Below, piece after piece: positions 12,762 through 26,115 of a stretch of 64,000 nucleotides of DNA. Made by a program: the position numbers and the translations under genes. Source of the DNA: Podarcis gaigeae (Eukaryota). The notes under the pieces are model-generated. The model was not told where the DNA came from and ran no database searches. It was given only the letters and a program-made list of their open reading frames with translations. The stretch lies in NCBI GenBank assembly GCA_964106915.2, contig OZ066922.1, one strand, 5' to 3'. Position 1 is the first letter of the stretch. Every line of letters starts with the position of its first letter.

Positions 12762-12763
<2 letters not shown>

Positions 12764-12795
<32 letters not shown>
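12764..12795. repeat. (CA)n microsatellite
   Basis: Read directly from the sequence. Confidence 0.95.
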
Positions 12796-12797
<2 letters not shown>

Positions 12798-14067
12798 CAA
12801 ATCAAACTTTGGGGCAGTTCCTTGTGAGCAAACTATAGGGAAGTTCTAAGGATTTTGATGTGGCCCTCAGAATTTATCTGGGAGCTCTTGAACATTTCTA
12901 AGTTGTTACAAAGTTTCAATTAAAAGCTACATTCTGTCTGTGGAATTCCAAGGGAATGCATTATCACTGTTGCCAATGTTGGAAGCAAAGTAATTACTCC
13001 TATTCAGAATGTAAGTAGAGGTTACCGAAGAATACTCTTATGGTACTTACTGTCACTGGGACCTCCAGGAATGTCTTCTGGGCCTTAGCCACAATTAAGG
13101 AACAACTGGATCAGAATTTCTTCTTTTGTGTGTTGTTTATCATATCGTGTGCATGCACACATTCTGTCTTCAGTTCAGAGGCATCTCATCTTAAATGGTG
13201 ACCAGCATAAAATCCATTATTGGTTGCTATTAACGTTAAGGGAAGCCTTCTTATCATGCCCCTTGTTGGAAGGATGTGTGGCTGTTTTTAGTGTGGAATT
13301 GAAATATTTGTTTTGTTTTTGCATTGCAAGTTCTTCACCCAATAACAACAACATTGTATATAAGCCCTGCTTTTTTCCATTCTGGGCTCCCCAGCACACA
13401 TCATGTTTATGACCCACCAGCTACATATTGTGACCTTCCAGATATGGTGATGAAACCTGGAGGTGAAGGTCGGAGATTTCTTGTACAGGAAACTCTAGCC
13501 TTTGCTGTCTGAATGGCTCAAAAAAGTGTGCCACTCTGAGTCACAAGCTGTCCCAGTGAGTATCCTGGAACTCCCTTACTTCCAGAACTTCATGAGAGCA
13601 TTTCCTATATAAGGCAGCAGGAGCTAACAGTGTGTTGCAGCAGGAAGGAGGAATAGAAGCCGTTACAAGTCAAGGACACTAAGAACCCAGAGATAGGGGG
13701 GAAATGGCACTGATAGGATTGGTAGACCCCACATGTGAATTCATGACTTAGGCCTCTGGTTTCCAGAGCTGACAGTAGACCCCAGTTTCTAAAGGGCTTT
13801 TGATACTCTTGTATTAACTTTTCCCTGGGAGAAAGCCCTCCTACTGCCACATCCTCCTATAAACTTTAGTAAGAAACCTACTCTCAAGAGAAATCACACT
13901 TTTATATTTTTTGGGCTCTTTTGGTGGAGAACAACCTGTAAGGTTTGTATAGATGTATTTCCTCTGTTTAGGTTTTTATTGATTGTGTTTATTGGTTTTG
14001 GTTTTGGTATTTCTATTTTGTTTGTAAGTCACTTTGCCATTTTTATGAGTAAAGCAACTAATAAATA

Positions 14068-14812
14068 TCATCATCATCACCACCACCATCATAGACATTT
14101 ATTGCGCTAGCCATAGGCCATGGCATCATTCAGAAACATAACAAAAGGAAAAACAGCAATAACCATAAAAATCATCAGGCACCACACATGCAATATAAAC
14201 CACGGTCACAACTACTAAGATTGTTTGTTGCATAAAATAGAATAGCAGAAGAGTCTCTAGTAAAATGTGCCAAGAGTAAATATATGAATCCCCTTTACAG
14301 TTGACTGCTATTTTATCTAGTTGTTTCCTCCTGATCTTCTTAGCTGCCAACACATAGAGTGCTACTTTAAAAGTTACAAAGTCATCAGTATCTCTCAGCA
14401 GCCGTTTCACCCTTTCCAACCTATTCAAGTGAGTTAGGAAACAGGGGTTTTATGAATCGGTCTCTTAGGTCTATATATAACGGGCACTGCAATAAATAGT
14501 GGCACAGGTCCTCCACACAGGATTGCCCACACTCTTCATAATGTACTTTGTCGTAGCATCCATTCAACACCACCAAGGGCATCGATTGGAATTGTAATCC
14601 CATGAAAGCAATTCTAAGCATGGCAAGTGGGAGCTTTGACAGGTAATTGGCCCGGGTATGCTCTGTTTTAATGAGTGGGAACCATGGCAAACTCTTGGTA
14701 GAAGCCATCATGGTTAGATCCCTTTCTGCATCGGACCTAAAGAGACAATCTCTTAAGTGCCTCTTGTCCATCTTCATAGTCACCTGAAAATCTTGTAATT
14801 GGTACTGGGACA
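14068..14812 (-). mobile_element. 5'-truncated non-LTR retrotransposon, RTE-X-like 3' end
   Basis: Minus ORF LRIAFMGLQFQSMPLVVLNGCY..ECGQSCVEDLCHYLLQCPLYIDLRDRFI contains a CCHC-type zinc knuckle. It is followed by a 3' UTR, AATAAA and a (GAT/GGT)n tail. Confidence 0.75.
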
Positions 14813-16828
14813 AGAAACAAATAAATATAACTCATCATCACCACCCAGTAGACCGTAGGTAGCTAATATAGTACCCTCCACATGTTATGGATTACAACCC
14901 ATCTTGACCACTGACCATACTGGCTGGGTCTAATCCAACATCTTTAGGGTGCCACATCAGCTGCCCCCTGCAACAGATCAACTTTTCCACTCTGTCCACT
15001 CTTCCTATTTTTAGGGGGGGGGAATTCTCTTCCCACTTTATTTCCTAATCTTCATGTGCATGCTCAAAAAACAAAAATAAAAAACACACATACACAGAAA
15101 AAAGATGAGTAGAAATACTAAATTATACACACCTTACCTATAAATAAATAAAAACATTTAGCAGCAATATGGCTAGCATGTGGGTAAGAAATGGGCAAAT
15201 CTAGACCATGATACGTCAGCTGTGGAGACATCAAGGAGAACTGCACAGAGGAAGGACGTTACCGTATGGCTATATGATTGAAATTTAAAAGAAATGTTTG
15301 TTCCCAAATAACTTTAAATAAAACCCCTCTTTGGAGAGAGAGAAAAAGTGGCGGCAGCAGCCACACAGCTGTGCATATCCACCTGGCAGAAACCAGTTTC
15401 TAAAGCTTTCTGCTTTTGCTTTTATTTATTTTTTCCCAAATGGACTGCTTAACAGATGGAAAGCAAATTAGTAACTGGAGCTTGTTATAAAATGTAAAAT
15501 ATGTTCCTGACCAGGTAAAATCACGGTAGCGTGAGTACAGAACAGTGTTAAGGTTGAGGTGGTTCCGTAAAATGGAGAAGCCCTCGTTCTCACTGAGGTA
15601 AACCTATGCTTGGCGGCTGTGACAAGGTCCAGATTATTGGAATGATGGACCTGAGGCTAATAGAAGAGTATATATGGCATACTGCAGCAGTAAATAAATT
15701 TTAAAAAATCATATTATTAGCTAAAATTAGTCAATTATTCAAATAAAGAATAAGATCTTCAAACACTAATTGATCATTTCACTCATTAAAAAATAAAAAT
15801 TCCCTACCTTTGCCCGTGAAAGGTATATTCCTCAAAGGGATCAAGATGGAAGACATGCATGGATTTCCACTCTAGACCATAATATGTTTAGAATGGCAAG
15901 CATATTTGAATATTGAGAAACAGCTTGACATCCCCCACCCACCAAAGTTTATTTTTGGCCACAAATAAAACTAAAGAAGAATCCCCTACCTCGTTCCTTT
16001 TTTTGACAGGAGCAGACAAAAATCGTTTTTTTTGGGGGGGGGGCATATTGACGTCCTAGCACTAGCAAATTTGTTTCAAGCAGTAGTTTGCTCACAGGAT
16101 AATCCCATACCCGGCAAATGTGTTGAGATCTTGCCCTGAAAAAGTGCATCTTTTGGGCTCTGTGATCTAGCATGGGTCACATGACCTGTGCTGGAACACA
16201 GGCGGGAAGATATACACCCTGATTTTGGGACTCAAGATCTCCGAACAACCTTACAAAGACCAATTTATTACTTTTTAGATGGTGGAATGATCTCTTAATG
16301 CTATCCTAATAATTGGATAAATTTATAACAAATGTTAAATTGCTGCAGTTTTGAAAGCCATCGCGATTTAGTAACTAAAATAGGGATCAGCACCTAACAG
16401 CCATTGGGTGAAACTTGCCCCATCAGTTTAGATTGCTCAGCCCCTTTGAGCTCCTTGGAGGAACGATGGAATAAAAAACCCCCAAAACTTTAGATTTATT
16501 ATTGCCATTGATGCCGCATGCTTAAAGTATTTAATTACATACCTATCTCACCTGATCCTATGAGCTTTCAACATCAGAGCGGAAGATACAAATGTCTCTA
16601 GGAAAACAGGCATTGATGAAATGCCCTTTGCCTTCTTCTGGATGCATAAACAGCAATTCCCTAAAACTGATGCTGTTCCAGTTTCAATTAGATTTCTTTC
16701 TATTTCTTTATTAAATTTATATACCACCCTTCAACTGAGGATCACAGCACAGTTTAGGGTATAGAAACACAAAAATACATAACAAACAAAAGTATAAACC
16801 CCTTTTCTTTGCTATAAGCAGTAAATCC

Positions 16829-17194
16829 TGTGGGACTCAGGTGGCGCTGTGGGTTAAAGCCTCAGCGCCTAGGACTTGCCGATCGAAAGGTTGGCGGTTC
16901 AAATCCCTGCGGTGGGGTGCGCTCCCAGTGCTCGGTCCCAGCGCCTGCCAACCTAGCAGTTCGAAAGCACCTCCGGGTGCAAGTAGATAAATAGGGACCG
17001 CTTACCAGCGGGAAGGTAAACGGCGTTTCTGTGTGCGGCTCTGGCTCGCCAGAGCAGCGATGTCACGCTGGCCACGTGACCCGGAAGTGTCTCCGGACAG
17101 CGCTGGCCCCTGGCCTCTTGAGTGAGATGGGCGCACAACCCCAGAGTCTGTCAAGACTGGCCCGTACGGGCAGGGGTACCTTTACCTTTACCTT
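16829..17194 (+). mobile_element. Full-length Sauria SINE
   Basis: tRNA-like head (GGTGGCGCTGTGGG, GGTTCAAATCC) and (ACCTTT)n tail. Perfect 14-bp TSD TAAGCAGTAAATCC. Confidence 0.95.
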
Positions 17195-17642
17195 TAAGCA
17201 GTAAATCCAAGACAATTTATTCTACTTGGCAAAGTGAATGATTTCATCCAGATATAGTCAGAGGACAGCAGGTCACTATGGGCCTCTTCCCAACCCCTTT
17301 AGTTTCAAAAAGAGCCCTTGGCTTCAGAGGACTAGGTAGAACAGCTTACTGCACAGGCCAGATTCATCTATGAGATGCAACAGACATCCTTCCTCCATTT
17401 GTCATATGGACAATTAGTTTTTCACTGCAGTTTATTGCTCCCATAGTGTACTGTCTTCCAGATGGTGTATTTTTACCCTGGAAAAAGAATTATTTGGCAA
17501 GCAGGCAAGGTTAACACAAAGAGAGACAGTGTTGAGCGCACTGTGTGATCTGTCTTACATCCTCAATATTTGCAGCTGGATTCCCCCCTCGTTATTTGAA
17601 AGTAAGTCCTCATCAATTTAATGGAACTTACTTCTAATAAAG

Positions 17643-18082
17643 GTATGATTTTCCCAGTAGTGATGTATGGAAGTGAGAGCTGGACCATAAAGAAGGCTGA
17701 TTGCTGAAGAATTGATGCTTTTGAATTATGGTGTTGGAGGAGACTCTTGAGAGTCCCATGGATTGCAAGAAGATCAAACCTATCCATTCTTAAGGAAATC
17801 AGTCCTGAGTGCTCACTGGAAGGACAGATCGTCCTCCAATACTTTGGCCACCTCATGAGAAGAGAAGACTCCCTGGAAAAGACCCTGATGTTGGGAAAGA
17901 TGGAGGGCACAAGGAGAAGGGGACGACAGAGGACGAGATGGTTGGACAGTGTTCGCGAAGCTACCAGCATGAGTTTGGCGAAACTGCGGGAGGCAGTGGA
18001 AGACAGATGTGCCTGGCGTTCTCTGGTCCATGGGGTCACGAAGAGTCGGACATGACTAAATGACTAAACAACAACACCAACA
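17643..18082 (+). mobile_element. Bov-B (RTE) LINE 3' fragment
   Basis: VVMYGSESWTIKKAD..RVPWIARRSNLSILKEISPECSLEG..QYFGHLMRREDSLEKTLMLGKMEG..RWLD, with a (CAA)n tail. 13-bp TSD ACTTCTAATAAAG. Confidence 0.95.
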
Positions 18083-18119
18083 ACTTCTAATAAAGTGTGC
18101 ATAGCATTGCAGTGGCGGT

Positions 18120-18420
18120 CTGGGTGGGAGAGGAATTAAAATTGATTTGCATTTTCTTGAGAAACCACTGAATTCATGCTTCTTGACCCAAAATGCAGCT
18201 ATCATTTGAAATTTGCACTTCTCCAAACTGCAATGCAGTTCTCAAGCCAAGGAGTTTATACAAAAATGCATGTAAGGAGGGGGGGAAGTCTGATTTAAAA
18301 TCCATAAATTAGTTAATATAACATGCAAGATGCATTTTTGTTAGGGGAAATTGCTTGCAAAAAAAGATAGCCAAAATGGAGAAAAATAGTACTGAAATGC
18401 TGCTGAATTTTCGTGATTTT
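18120..18420 (-). mobile_element. Old family C DNA transposon fragment
   Basis: Reverse-complement similarity to 19918-20347 and 6233-6540. Confidence 0.45.
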
Positions 18421-19917
18421 TTTTAAAACAACAAAAAAATGTAAACTGCTCCAAGAATTGTCTTACAGAGCAGTATTCCATTATGCAACAGTAACTACTA
18501 GTGGTCACACTTATTCCTTCGCCCTGAATTTTATCCACTGCAGAACTCTGAGAATTTGTTACCAGAATGCATTCTTTGAAGTCCACTATTCACACCAAGC
18601 TGGACTTCATCCTATCACTCCCATGCATCTCCTCTTAAAGGAATTCTGCCTTAGAGCATAAATGAGTGGTTTGGTGAGTGGATAGGACAGAATCTGTGTT
18701 CAAAACCCCAGACATTTCCAGCAGCTTTAATTATAGTATGTGTATTAATTCCGCTAGTGGTACATCAATAAAACTGCTAGCACATTTGCAAAAACTAAGC
18801 AGGGTCTGGTGTGGTTTCATATGGAATGGGGGACGGTGTGTTTGAGGGGGATGGGCTACAGGCCCCTTACAGTCCCTTCTGACTCTGTAATGCTATGATG
18901 CTATGGAATATCAGAGAAAGAAATTCAGATGCTATTTTTACCAGAGAAAGTGAGAGAGGCTAGCCAGCAATTAATACAGATCCTAAAGTAGCTGCTTCAA
19001 GCTTTGTAGGAGAGTAGACTGGACTGTAGACTAGTCCTGGATTCCATCCATGGAAGAAGTCAAGAGTTTCTTGGGGCCAGGAAAAGAGAGACAATCTTTT
19101 CTCAAGTCATGCTCTCTCTTTCTGTCAGATGAGAGAGTATCAGCCTTCTCACATAGACAATATCGGCTTTCTCACATAGAAAGTGATTTCAATACTTACC
19201 CATAGTTGAAGTCCTGGAGGTGACTTTAACAGGTCTAGATGAGGAGATAATCCTTTGCCTCTCAAACATTCCATGCACAACATATTAAGCTTGCGTGAAT
19301 GCTGACATGAGGTTTATGGAATGGAGTATATCTCTGGGAAGAATAGCATTATTTTGGGCCTTGGATTTGTTAATAAACTTTAAAAATAAAATTATGCCAG
19401 CGATTTCCAGAGCAAATCAAAATTTTGCACTAAAAAAAGGAAAAGAAGTTTTGCTCACACCATAGGACTTCAATTTCCTCCCTCTCTCCACCCCCAGATA
19501 CCCCTAAAATCTGCTCCAGGAATTCCCAACATCTCTGAGCTGATTTGAAGGGTGCACAGAGGGCTGAAGGGCATGAGAAAGAAGAGGACATTTTGCTGTG
19601 CACACAAAAGTCTGTTTCACCTATGGAACTCAGTGTTTGATTGCATCTCAGGAATATGGACCTTTAGCTTTTCTTGGTAAGTAGAACAGTGTCTTTTGTC
19701 TGGTGCACATCAGCCCTAACCACTGATCCCAAGATGGGGAAGATTCACTTCAGGCTTGTTTTCAGGTAGAACCACTAACTACCCCAGCTGGAATGTGACA
19801 ATAAGTATGAAAAGCAATTTTTTATTATTGTTTTTACTTTCTAAATTACAGCCAGTTTCCATGTGATTCTTCTCATAGTTCCTCATGCTTTTCTAAATTT
19901 GTGAAAATGACCAGTGG

Positions 19918-20347
19918 CTAAGGACAGATGGATCTGCTGTTTTCATTTCTCTCAGTTACTCTTTTTTTTTTTTTAGTCTTATATTCGGTTTCCCCATTTC
20001 TGCAGCAATTTGCAATTCTTCTTATTTTTTAAAATCCTCATGGAAATGCATCATTTTAGTGCAAATTTCTCCTAATAATTTTTTTGAGTATGTAGTTTCA
20101 GCTAATGAGCATTTTTTTAAAAAAGCACTTTCCCTTAATGTGATGCATTTTGAATCCTGTTTTCAATAATATGTTCACATTTTTTTGGTAAACATTGGTT
20201 GGAATTGTGTCACAGAATTTGGAGAAGTGTGAATTTCGAGGGATGACTGTGTTCCAGTTTGTATTTTGAAAAGTATGTTTGAAAAAGTGTGAATTAGGTA
20301 GGTTCACATTAAATGTGAATGGAAGTGAATTCTCACCCCCATCCCTA
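19918..20347 (+). mobile_element. Old family C non-autonomous DNA transposon
   Basis: Ends ..GAATTCTCACCCCCATCCCTA. Shares internal blocks with 6233-6540. Confidence 0.5.
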
Positions 20348-21465
20348 CTGGCACCTAGTGCCTTAAATATAATGGAACCTCTCCCACAATACTTCTTCAT
20401 GGTATTGTTAAATTAATCCCTGATTCTAAAGACTGCATGCATATGGAGAACTAGAGCATACATAATAAATAGATACACCTTGCACGTTCTCTCCTAACTA
20501 CTTGTTTCCTGCTACATAAGCAAAACGCACACCCAGGACTGATTTTAGTTTGAAAGCTTTGTGTTAAAATTGCCCATGAAGCCAAATTAGAAGAAACATC
20601 CAGAGATGTGAAGTCAGCTTTGGTCATGCGTATCAAATCTACTAACACTCATTGCAGGTAAACAAGCAAAAGAATATATTCACAGTTGTAATGCAAAGCT
20701 TTTGATTGTTTCCTTAGAAATAAAAATGTTTGCAATACCCCTTCCTTTCAAATTATTTTGAAAAAGTGATCAGGCAAGCAGTAATGTGAAGGCAAATTAA
20801 TTTGGACAGAGTTATGGGATATCTGATATACCCCAGTGTGCTGTGATCAATTATTGGAGTTCATGACTCCTCAACAGATACAGCCATTCAATAGGCTCAG
20901 AATGTTAAGAGGTCATCATTGACCAGAAACCAGAAGAAAATCGTTTGACACAGAGGAACAAGGTTCGCTCTCAGCTTCAGTTTACCTATATGAAGGAAAT
21001 GGACTGTTTTGTATTATAACACACTGCTTTGTGTTGTCAGATGAAGAATATGAAATTGGGGCATAGGCTTCTTTGGGGACTGTGGGGTTAACGTGTTATA
21101 TCTGATCTGTCCAGGGCTCAAATGGGGAAAGGCAGGGAAACAACTGAAGGATTTGGAGCTGGGATTTAAAATCCAAAAAGCTCATTGAACCTTGTTGGTT
21201 GCAGGCCACTGAGTCATGTAGCCCCTGGCTATCTCTGCCGGTATCACGCTTTTGTTATTCAGATCAAGGAGGGTCTTCACAGAATGGATGCATGCCAGGG
21301 AGAAATGCCATGGGGAAATGCTGTACTGACCTTATATGAAGAACTGCAGTCATTTGTAAGTCTGTAACCAAAGGGAATGTGACTATGGAGGGAAAGCTGT
21401 ATTTGTGTTTAACCCTTTATTTATTTGTTCTTTTTTGTTGCATTGGTGGGATTTGGTAGTTTTCT

Positions 21466-22320
21466 TTTTTTCTTTCTTCAATTTTTTAAATTAAATTTTC
21501 CACAATTATAACAAATATAGCATAGTGAAATATACTCAGAGTCAAGAGTGGATTTCATGCTCTTTAATCAGCTCATAGTGGTGAGGAGGAATGAAAGTTT
21601 CCCCAAAGTATCTGCTTTATATCCATTATTTACACAATGGGCTGCACGTGATTGGCTAATTCCGGAATTCTCCTGTAGGCCAATCAGGTTGTGGATTCAC
21701 TTCCATCTGGAGCTGGATTGGGTGGCTCCTGCAGACCAATCATACTGCTGCAATGTTCTAGGATCAATCAGACTGCTGCATTCTGAATCCTATTGTTCTA
21801 GGACCAATCAGACTGCTGCATTTTGGATCCTATTCAACTCAGTACATAACACATAGAAAAAAAGAAAAGAAAACATACAAAAGAAAACACAATACAGTAC
21901 TAAAAACAAAAAAAACAAAAAAAGAAATCTTAAACACATATCCCTTAAAAACACAATTTCTCTTACACTGTTAATTGACTTCCTCAGATTCCTCCCTTCT
22001 GAATTTCATTGTATCTGCATGTAACAGCTCTCCAATATCATTCTTAAACTAAAATTATTTCCAGCAATTAACTATCTTATTCTCTTTTCTTACTGTTCTA
22101 AATACAAATTACTTACAATTAAATCATAATTTAATCCTAGGCCTATTTGGTGCTTTCAAGTGATTTCTAATTATTTATATTACAATATTTATTCAAATAG
22201 TCCTTAAATTTCTTCCAATCTTCTTGATATTCCTCTTCTTTCTGGTTGCGGATTCTTCCAGTCAAGTCGGCTAGCTCCAAAAAGTCCAAGTCTTCATCTG
22301 CCATTCTTCCACCGTTGGGA
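21466..22320 (-). mobile_element. 5'-truncated L1, interrupted by a solo LTR
   Basis: Minus strand reads PTVEEWQMK/DFLELADLTGRIRNQKEEEYQEDWKKFKDYLNKYC. Imperfect 16-bp TSD GATTTGGTAGTTTTCT/GATTAGGTGGTTTTCT. Confidence 0.85.
21526..21851 (-). mobile_element. Solo LTR (326 bp), copy 1
   Basis: TG...CA termini and a perfect 5-bp TSD CATAG. CCAAT boxes are present, and the minus strand has TATAAA then ATTAAA. Sister copy at 44907. Confidence 0.9.
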
Positions 22321-23146
22321 GATTAGGTGGTTTTCTGCAACTTTCTTCTTCTAAGAACTGATTATTTTATCTTTTTAGTGAATTTTTATCTTTGTTTCAT
22401 TAAAACACTTACAACACCACTCACATCTAAAGCCAAGTTCCACTCTACTTTGATAGACAAGGGAAGGTTCAGTGAAACACAGCCATGGTAAAATAACTCT
22501 TTCACCTGGGAGTGGCAAAAAAAAGTCTAAAGGGAAGAGTAGACAAGCAGGCCATTCTGATTTGGCCTGGAATGCCCTTCCCTAAATGTCAAAGGATCCC
22601 TGGTGTAGTTGGGGTGCCATCACAACCTAATTCAAAATTGAAATGAATTAGGAAGCAAAACGTCTGAGGAATTTCAGAGGAAGTCAAAACATTTCAACAG
22701 GGTTCGTAACATTTGTCGGGTGAGTCACCTTGCCGTCACATCCACCTCAAGCAAGGCTTGAGAAACTGCTTTAAGCTGGGGGAAAGGTTGATTTTAAAAA
22801 ATATATAACATGAAGGAAAACTCGAGGATCTGCAGAGAAAACCAATTAACCTAACTTGATCCAATTAAGCCAAAGAAAGCATAGTCTGAGCAGGAAACTT
22901 CCCTACTTAGGGGGCAGGGATCACCTCCCTCTCAATTCCTGGGGCGACCTTTGGCCTTGCAGCAAGGAATAAAAGAAATTCTGTCTCCTTACTACATAAA
23001 TCCTGGGTCTGTGAACCAGACAAATGCACTGTGACTCCACCAGTTTGGCATGCACCCCAATATGCATGCCCAGCCCACAGAGCACCCCATCACCCACTAA
23101 GCAGATACAGTGTTGGGCATCCCCAGAGTGCCCCTATCTTGTAAGG

Positions 23147-23318
23147 CATGGGTAGGCAAACTAAGGCCCAGGGACTGGATCTGGCCCAATCGCCTTCTAA
23201 ATCCAGCCCACGGGCGGTCCGGGAATCAGCGTGTTTTTACATGAGTAGAATCTGTCCTTTTATTTAAAATGCATCTCTGAGTTATTTGTGAGGCATAGGA
23301 ATTTGCCCATTCCCCTCA

Positions 23319-23370
<52 letters not shown>

Positions 23371-23435
23371 CGCCGCCCCCCAAGGTCTGAGGGACAGTGG
23401 ACTGGCCCCCTGCTCAAAAAGGTTGCTGACCCCTG
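23147..23435. mobile_element. hAT (Charlie-like) MITE containing an (AT)n tract
   Basis: Termini CATGGGTAGGCAAACT / GGTTGCTGACCCCTG. TSD TTGTAAGG/CTGTAAGG (7/8). Confidence 0.85.
23321..23367. repeat. (AT)n microsatellite
   Basis: Read directly from the sequence. Confidence 0.95.
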
Positions 23436-24112
23436 CTGTAAGGTCTCAGCATTAAAGCTCCTCAGATCTTAAATTGACTTTCCTACCTGGACTAAAGGCC
23501 AGATTAGCAAGAAATTAATCCCAACCGTGTGGAGTCAGTTCTCCCCCAAATTCCTATTCAGCTTCTTCAAAGGGCGACTGGCAAAGCCCACACTACAAAA
23601 GGCAGGGAGGGTAGGCACCTCATCAAAAAAGAGATGAAGTTTTAGAAAGGAGCAGGAATACCTATCTCTGTCTGGATTGATCAGTTGTCCAGTTGGGAAT
23701 GGCAGAATCCCCTAGGTTTTACTGGAGATTAGGGGAAAGGGATTTTTCCCAGTTCATCTGTTTAATTGGATATAGCAATCAAGCTTTATGTCACCTATCA
23801 CAGCTTGCTCTTACAGGGGTTGAACAGAGTGCATTGTACTCTGTGCACATATCCAAGTATAACTGTGAAGCTTTCTAGTGCAGAAGTGAATGGGAAATCA
23901 TTTACTTGGAAACATCTATCTACCTCAGTTTCTCAGAGCTTTGGCTACAATATTAATTATTGTTTGGAATCAAGTCTCACCAGTTATGAGAGAACATAAT
24001 TTCCACTGATATGCTGAGGATACTACTATATTAGCTGCTTCCTTATGTGACTTCCTGTTGGGAAGAAATGCAGCATGTTGAAAAGCAGATTTCTGGTAAT
24101 GCTCTTGACAAG

Positions 24113-24639
24113 CAGGGTTGCCGTATTCCCCAAAGTGAAAATCCGGACGTTATTGTTGTTCTAGCCAGTGTGGGAGCTAGTGTGGTGTAGTGGTTAAGAG
24201 CGGTAGTCTCCTAATCTGGGGAACCGGGTTCGCGTCTCCGCTCCTCCACATGCAGCTGCTGGGTGACACTTCTCTGAAGTCTCTCAGCCCCACTCACCTC
24301 ACAGAGTGTTTGTTGTGGGGGAGGAAGGGAAAGGAGAATGTTAGCGCTTTGAGACTCCTGAAGGGGAGTGAAAGGCGGGATATCAAATCCATATTCCTCT
24401 TCTTCTTCTTCTAGCGGTGGAAGGGAAGCAAAGCTGTTGAGCTTTACTCGGAAAATCTCCCCCACAAAGCACATTTTTAGGCTTTTGGGGGGAATTTTAA
24501 AGGCATTGTTTGTTTAAAATTAGTGTACATCCGGGTTTTCCTGGACATTTTGCCAATTTGGCAAAAATCTACCCAGACGCCATTCAGAGAGTCCAATTTC
24601 CGGACATGTCCAGGAAAACATGGACGGATGGCAACCCTA
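24113..24639. mobile_element. hAT-type MITE with a nested SINE
   Basis: TIRs AGGGTTGCC / GGCAACCCT. TSD of about 8 bp around TGACAAG. Confidence 0.8.
24173..24412 (+). mobile_element. tRNA-derived SINE with (TTC)n tail (Squam3-like)
   Basis: A-box TGGTGTAGTGG, B-box-like GGGTTCGCGTCTCC and a (TTC)n tail. Second copy at 40780. Confidence 0.85.
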
Positions 24640-25754
24640 TGACAAGGATATTTCCAAAGTTATTGAGAGATCAGCATCTCCCCAGCTTCTATGCTATTGT
24701 TTCACATAGATATTTATTCAAGGAAGTCCCCAGTCAGCAATATTCTTTAAACCATGATCAATATTTAAATAAATGTATAGTATAGGCCTGCAAAATGTGT
24801 GAGTTACTAAAGCAAGTGTTGCCCATTAGCCACATTTCATGGTCTCTCAAGTGCTCGAGTGTTCTCTCCAATTTTTGCAGCCTATGGAGGACAGCAAAAT
24901 GAGTTTTATTTACTCCCCAGGTAGGCTACCATATATACCTGGTGGTCTGTGCTTAGTTTGCTGGATCATGAGCATGGGTATACCTAGGAGTTGGTTAGGT
25001 TTGCCACTGCCCAGGGGGCATAAATATCACTCCTCTCTGGCTCAAAGTTGCAAGGAGCTCAACTGCCCATTGACTTTCCCTGCCAAGGGTGCCTCTGATC
25101 AAGAGTTATGTATGTTTAGTATAGAAAGTTTAGAGATTTAATGTTAAAATTAGGAATGTTTTCAAACAATCAAGTTCCGTGTCAGTCAGCAGGGAAGGGC
25201 AATTGAATAGTACTTATAGTACTATGCTTAATAGACAGATGGGAAAGTTTTCCGTGAAGTTTCTTTGAGCTTAGCCTCCTTAAAAGACAATTTTCAAGTT
25301 TCAAAACTGCTTCTCGGAGCTTAGGTTTCCTTAAAAGTTATTTTCTGTTTTGCCCAAAGGCTTAGTTCTGCTTGGACAAGTATTAGCAGAGGAACCATTT
25401 TCCAAGTTAGACACTTAAATATGCCTGATGGGACCCATTTCAACAGGAACACAGAAGCAGGATTGTGGAAGGAGGGGAGGGAGGGAGTGTTCAGTCCATT
25501 GAAGATGAACTTCGTGTAACTTGTGGTTCTGCTGCAATTTTCAGTGTTTGAACAGAAATGTTGCTCTCTTAGCCGAAGCAAGCCTAAGTAAACTCTCAAT
25601 CCAACATAGAATTAGACCAGGCCTGCACATTTTGCTTCTAATTTGGATGACAACCAGCTCTTTCTTCACGCTGGGGAGTTTAGAAATTCTTAAAGCACTG
25701 GCATAAGAAATCTTTGGCACAGAATTATCTAGCTCCCAGACAAAATTCTATTCA

Positions 25755-26115
25755 TTTTATTTAAAACAACTTACATGCCACTTAACTACAATTGTCTGTG
25801 TTTTACAAGAAATACAATACAGAAAAGGTAAAAATTGGCTAAAACAGATATCAGTTAATATGCCTTCTAGAATTTTTAAAAGTGTTTTTAGTAGGTGGTG
25901 AAAGCTCAACAGAGAAGGGGCCCTGTCTAACTTTAATTGGAAGGCAGTTCCATAAAATTGGGCCTGCAATACTGAATACCTAGCTCCTGGTTGATACAAG
26001 CCATGAATCTGAATCATGGAGGACCACCAACAGTGACTCACCTGAAGACCTCTGTGATTGGGCAGGGTTAAAAGGGATTAGGCAGTCCTTGAGTTATCCT
26101 AGACCCAAGTCATTA
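25755..26115 (-). mobile_element. L2 LINE 3' fragment
   Basis: The reverse strand gives a degenerate L2 ORF2 end (LGLG*LKDCLIPFNPAQSQRSSGESLLVV, then LLKTLL) and a 3' UTR. Confidence 0.7.

Noticed and set aside
13400-13935. LTR-like stretch with TATATAA
   Set aside because: Boundaries and TSD could not be defined.
19200-19333. Minus-strand exon-like segment with good splice signals
   Set aside because: Stops in all three frames.
22604-22996. Possible solo LTR (TGTAGT..ACTACA, AATAAA near the end)
   Set aside because: No adjacent TSD and no second copy, so too weak to call.
24173-24250. tRNA gene
   Set aside because: The tRNA-like boxes are SINE heads that continue into SINE bodies and tails.
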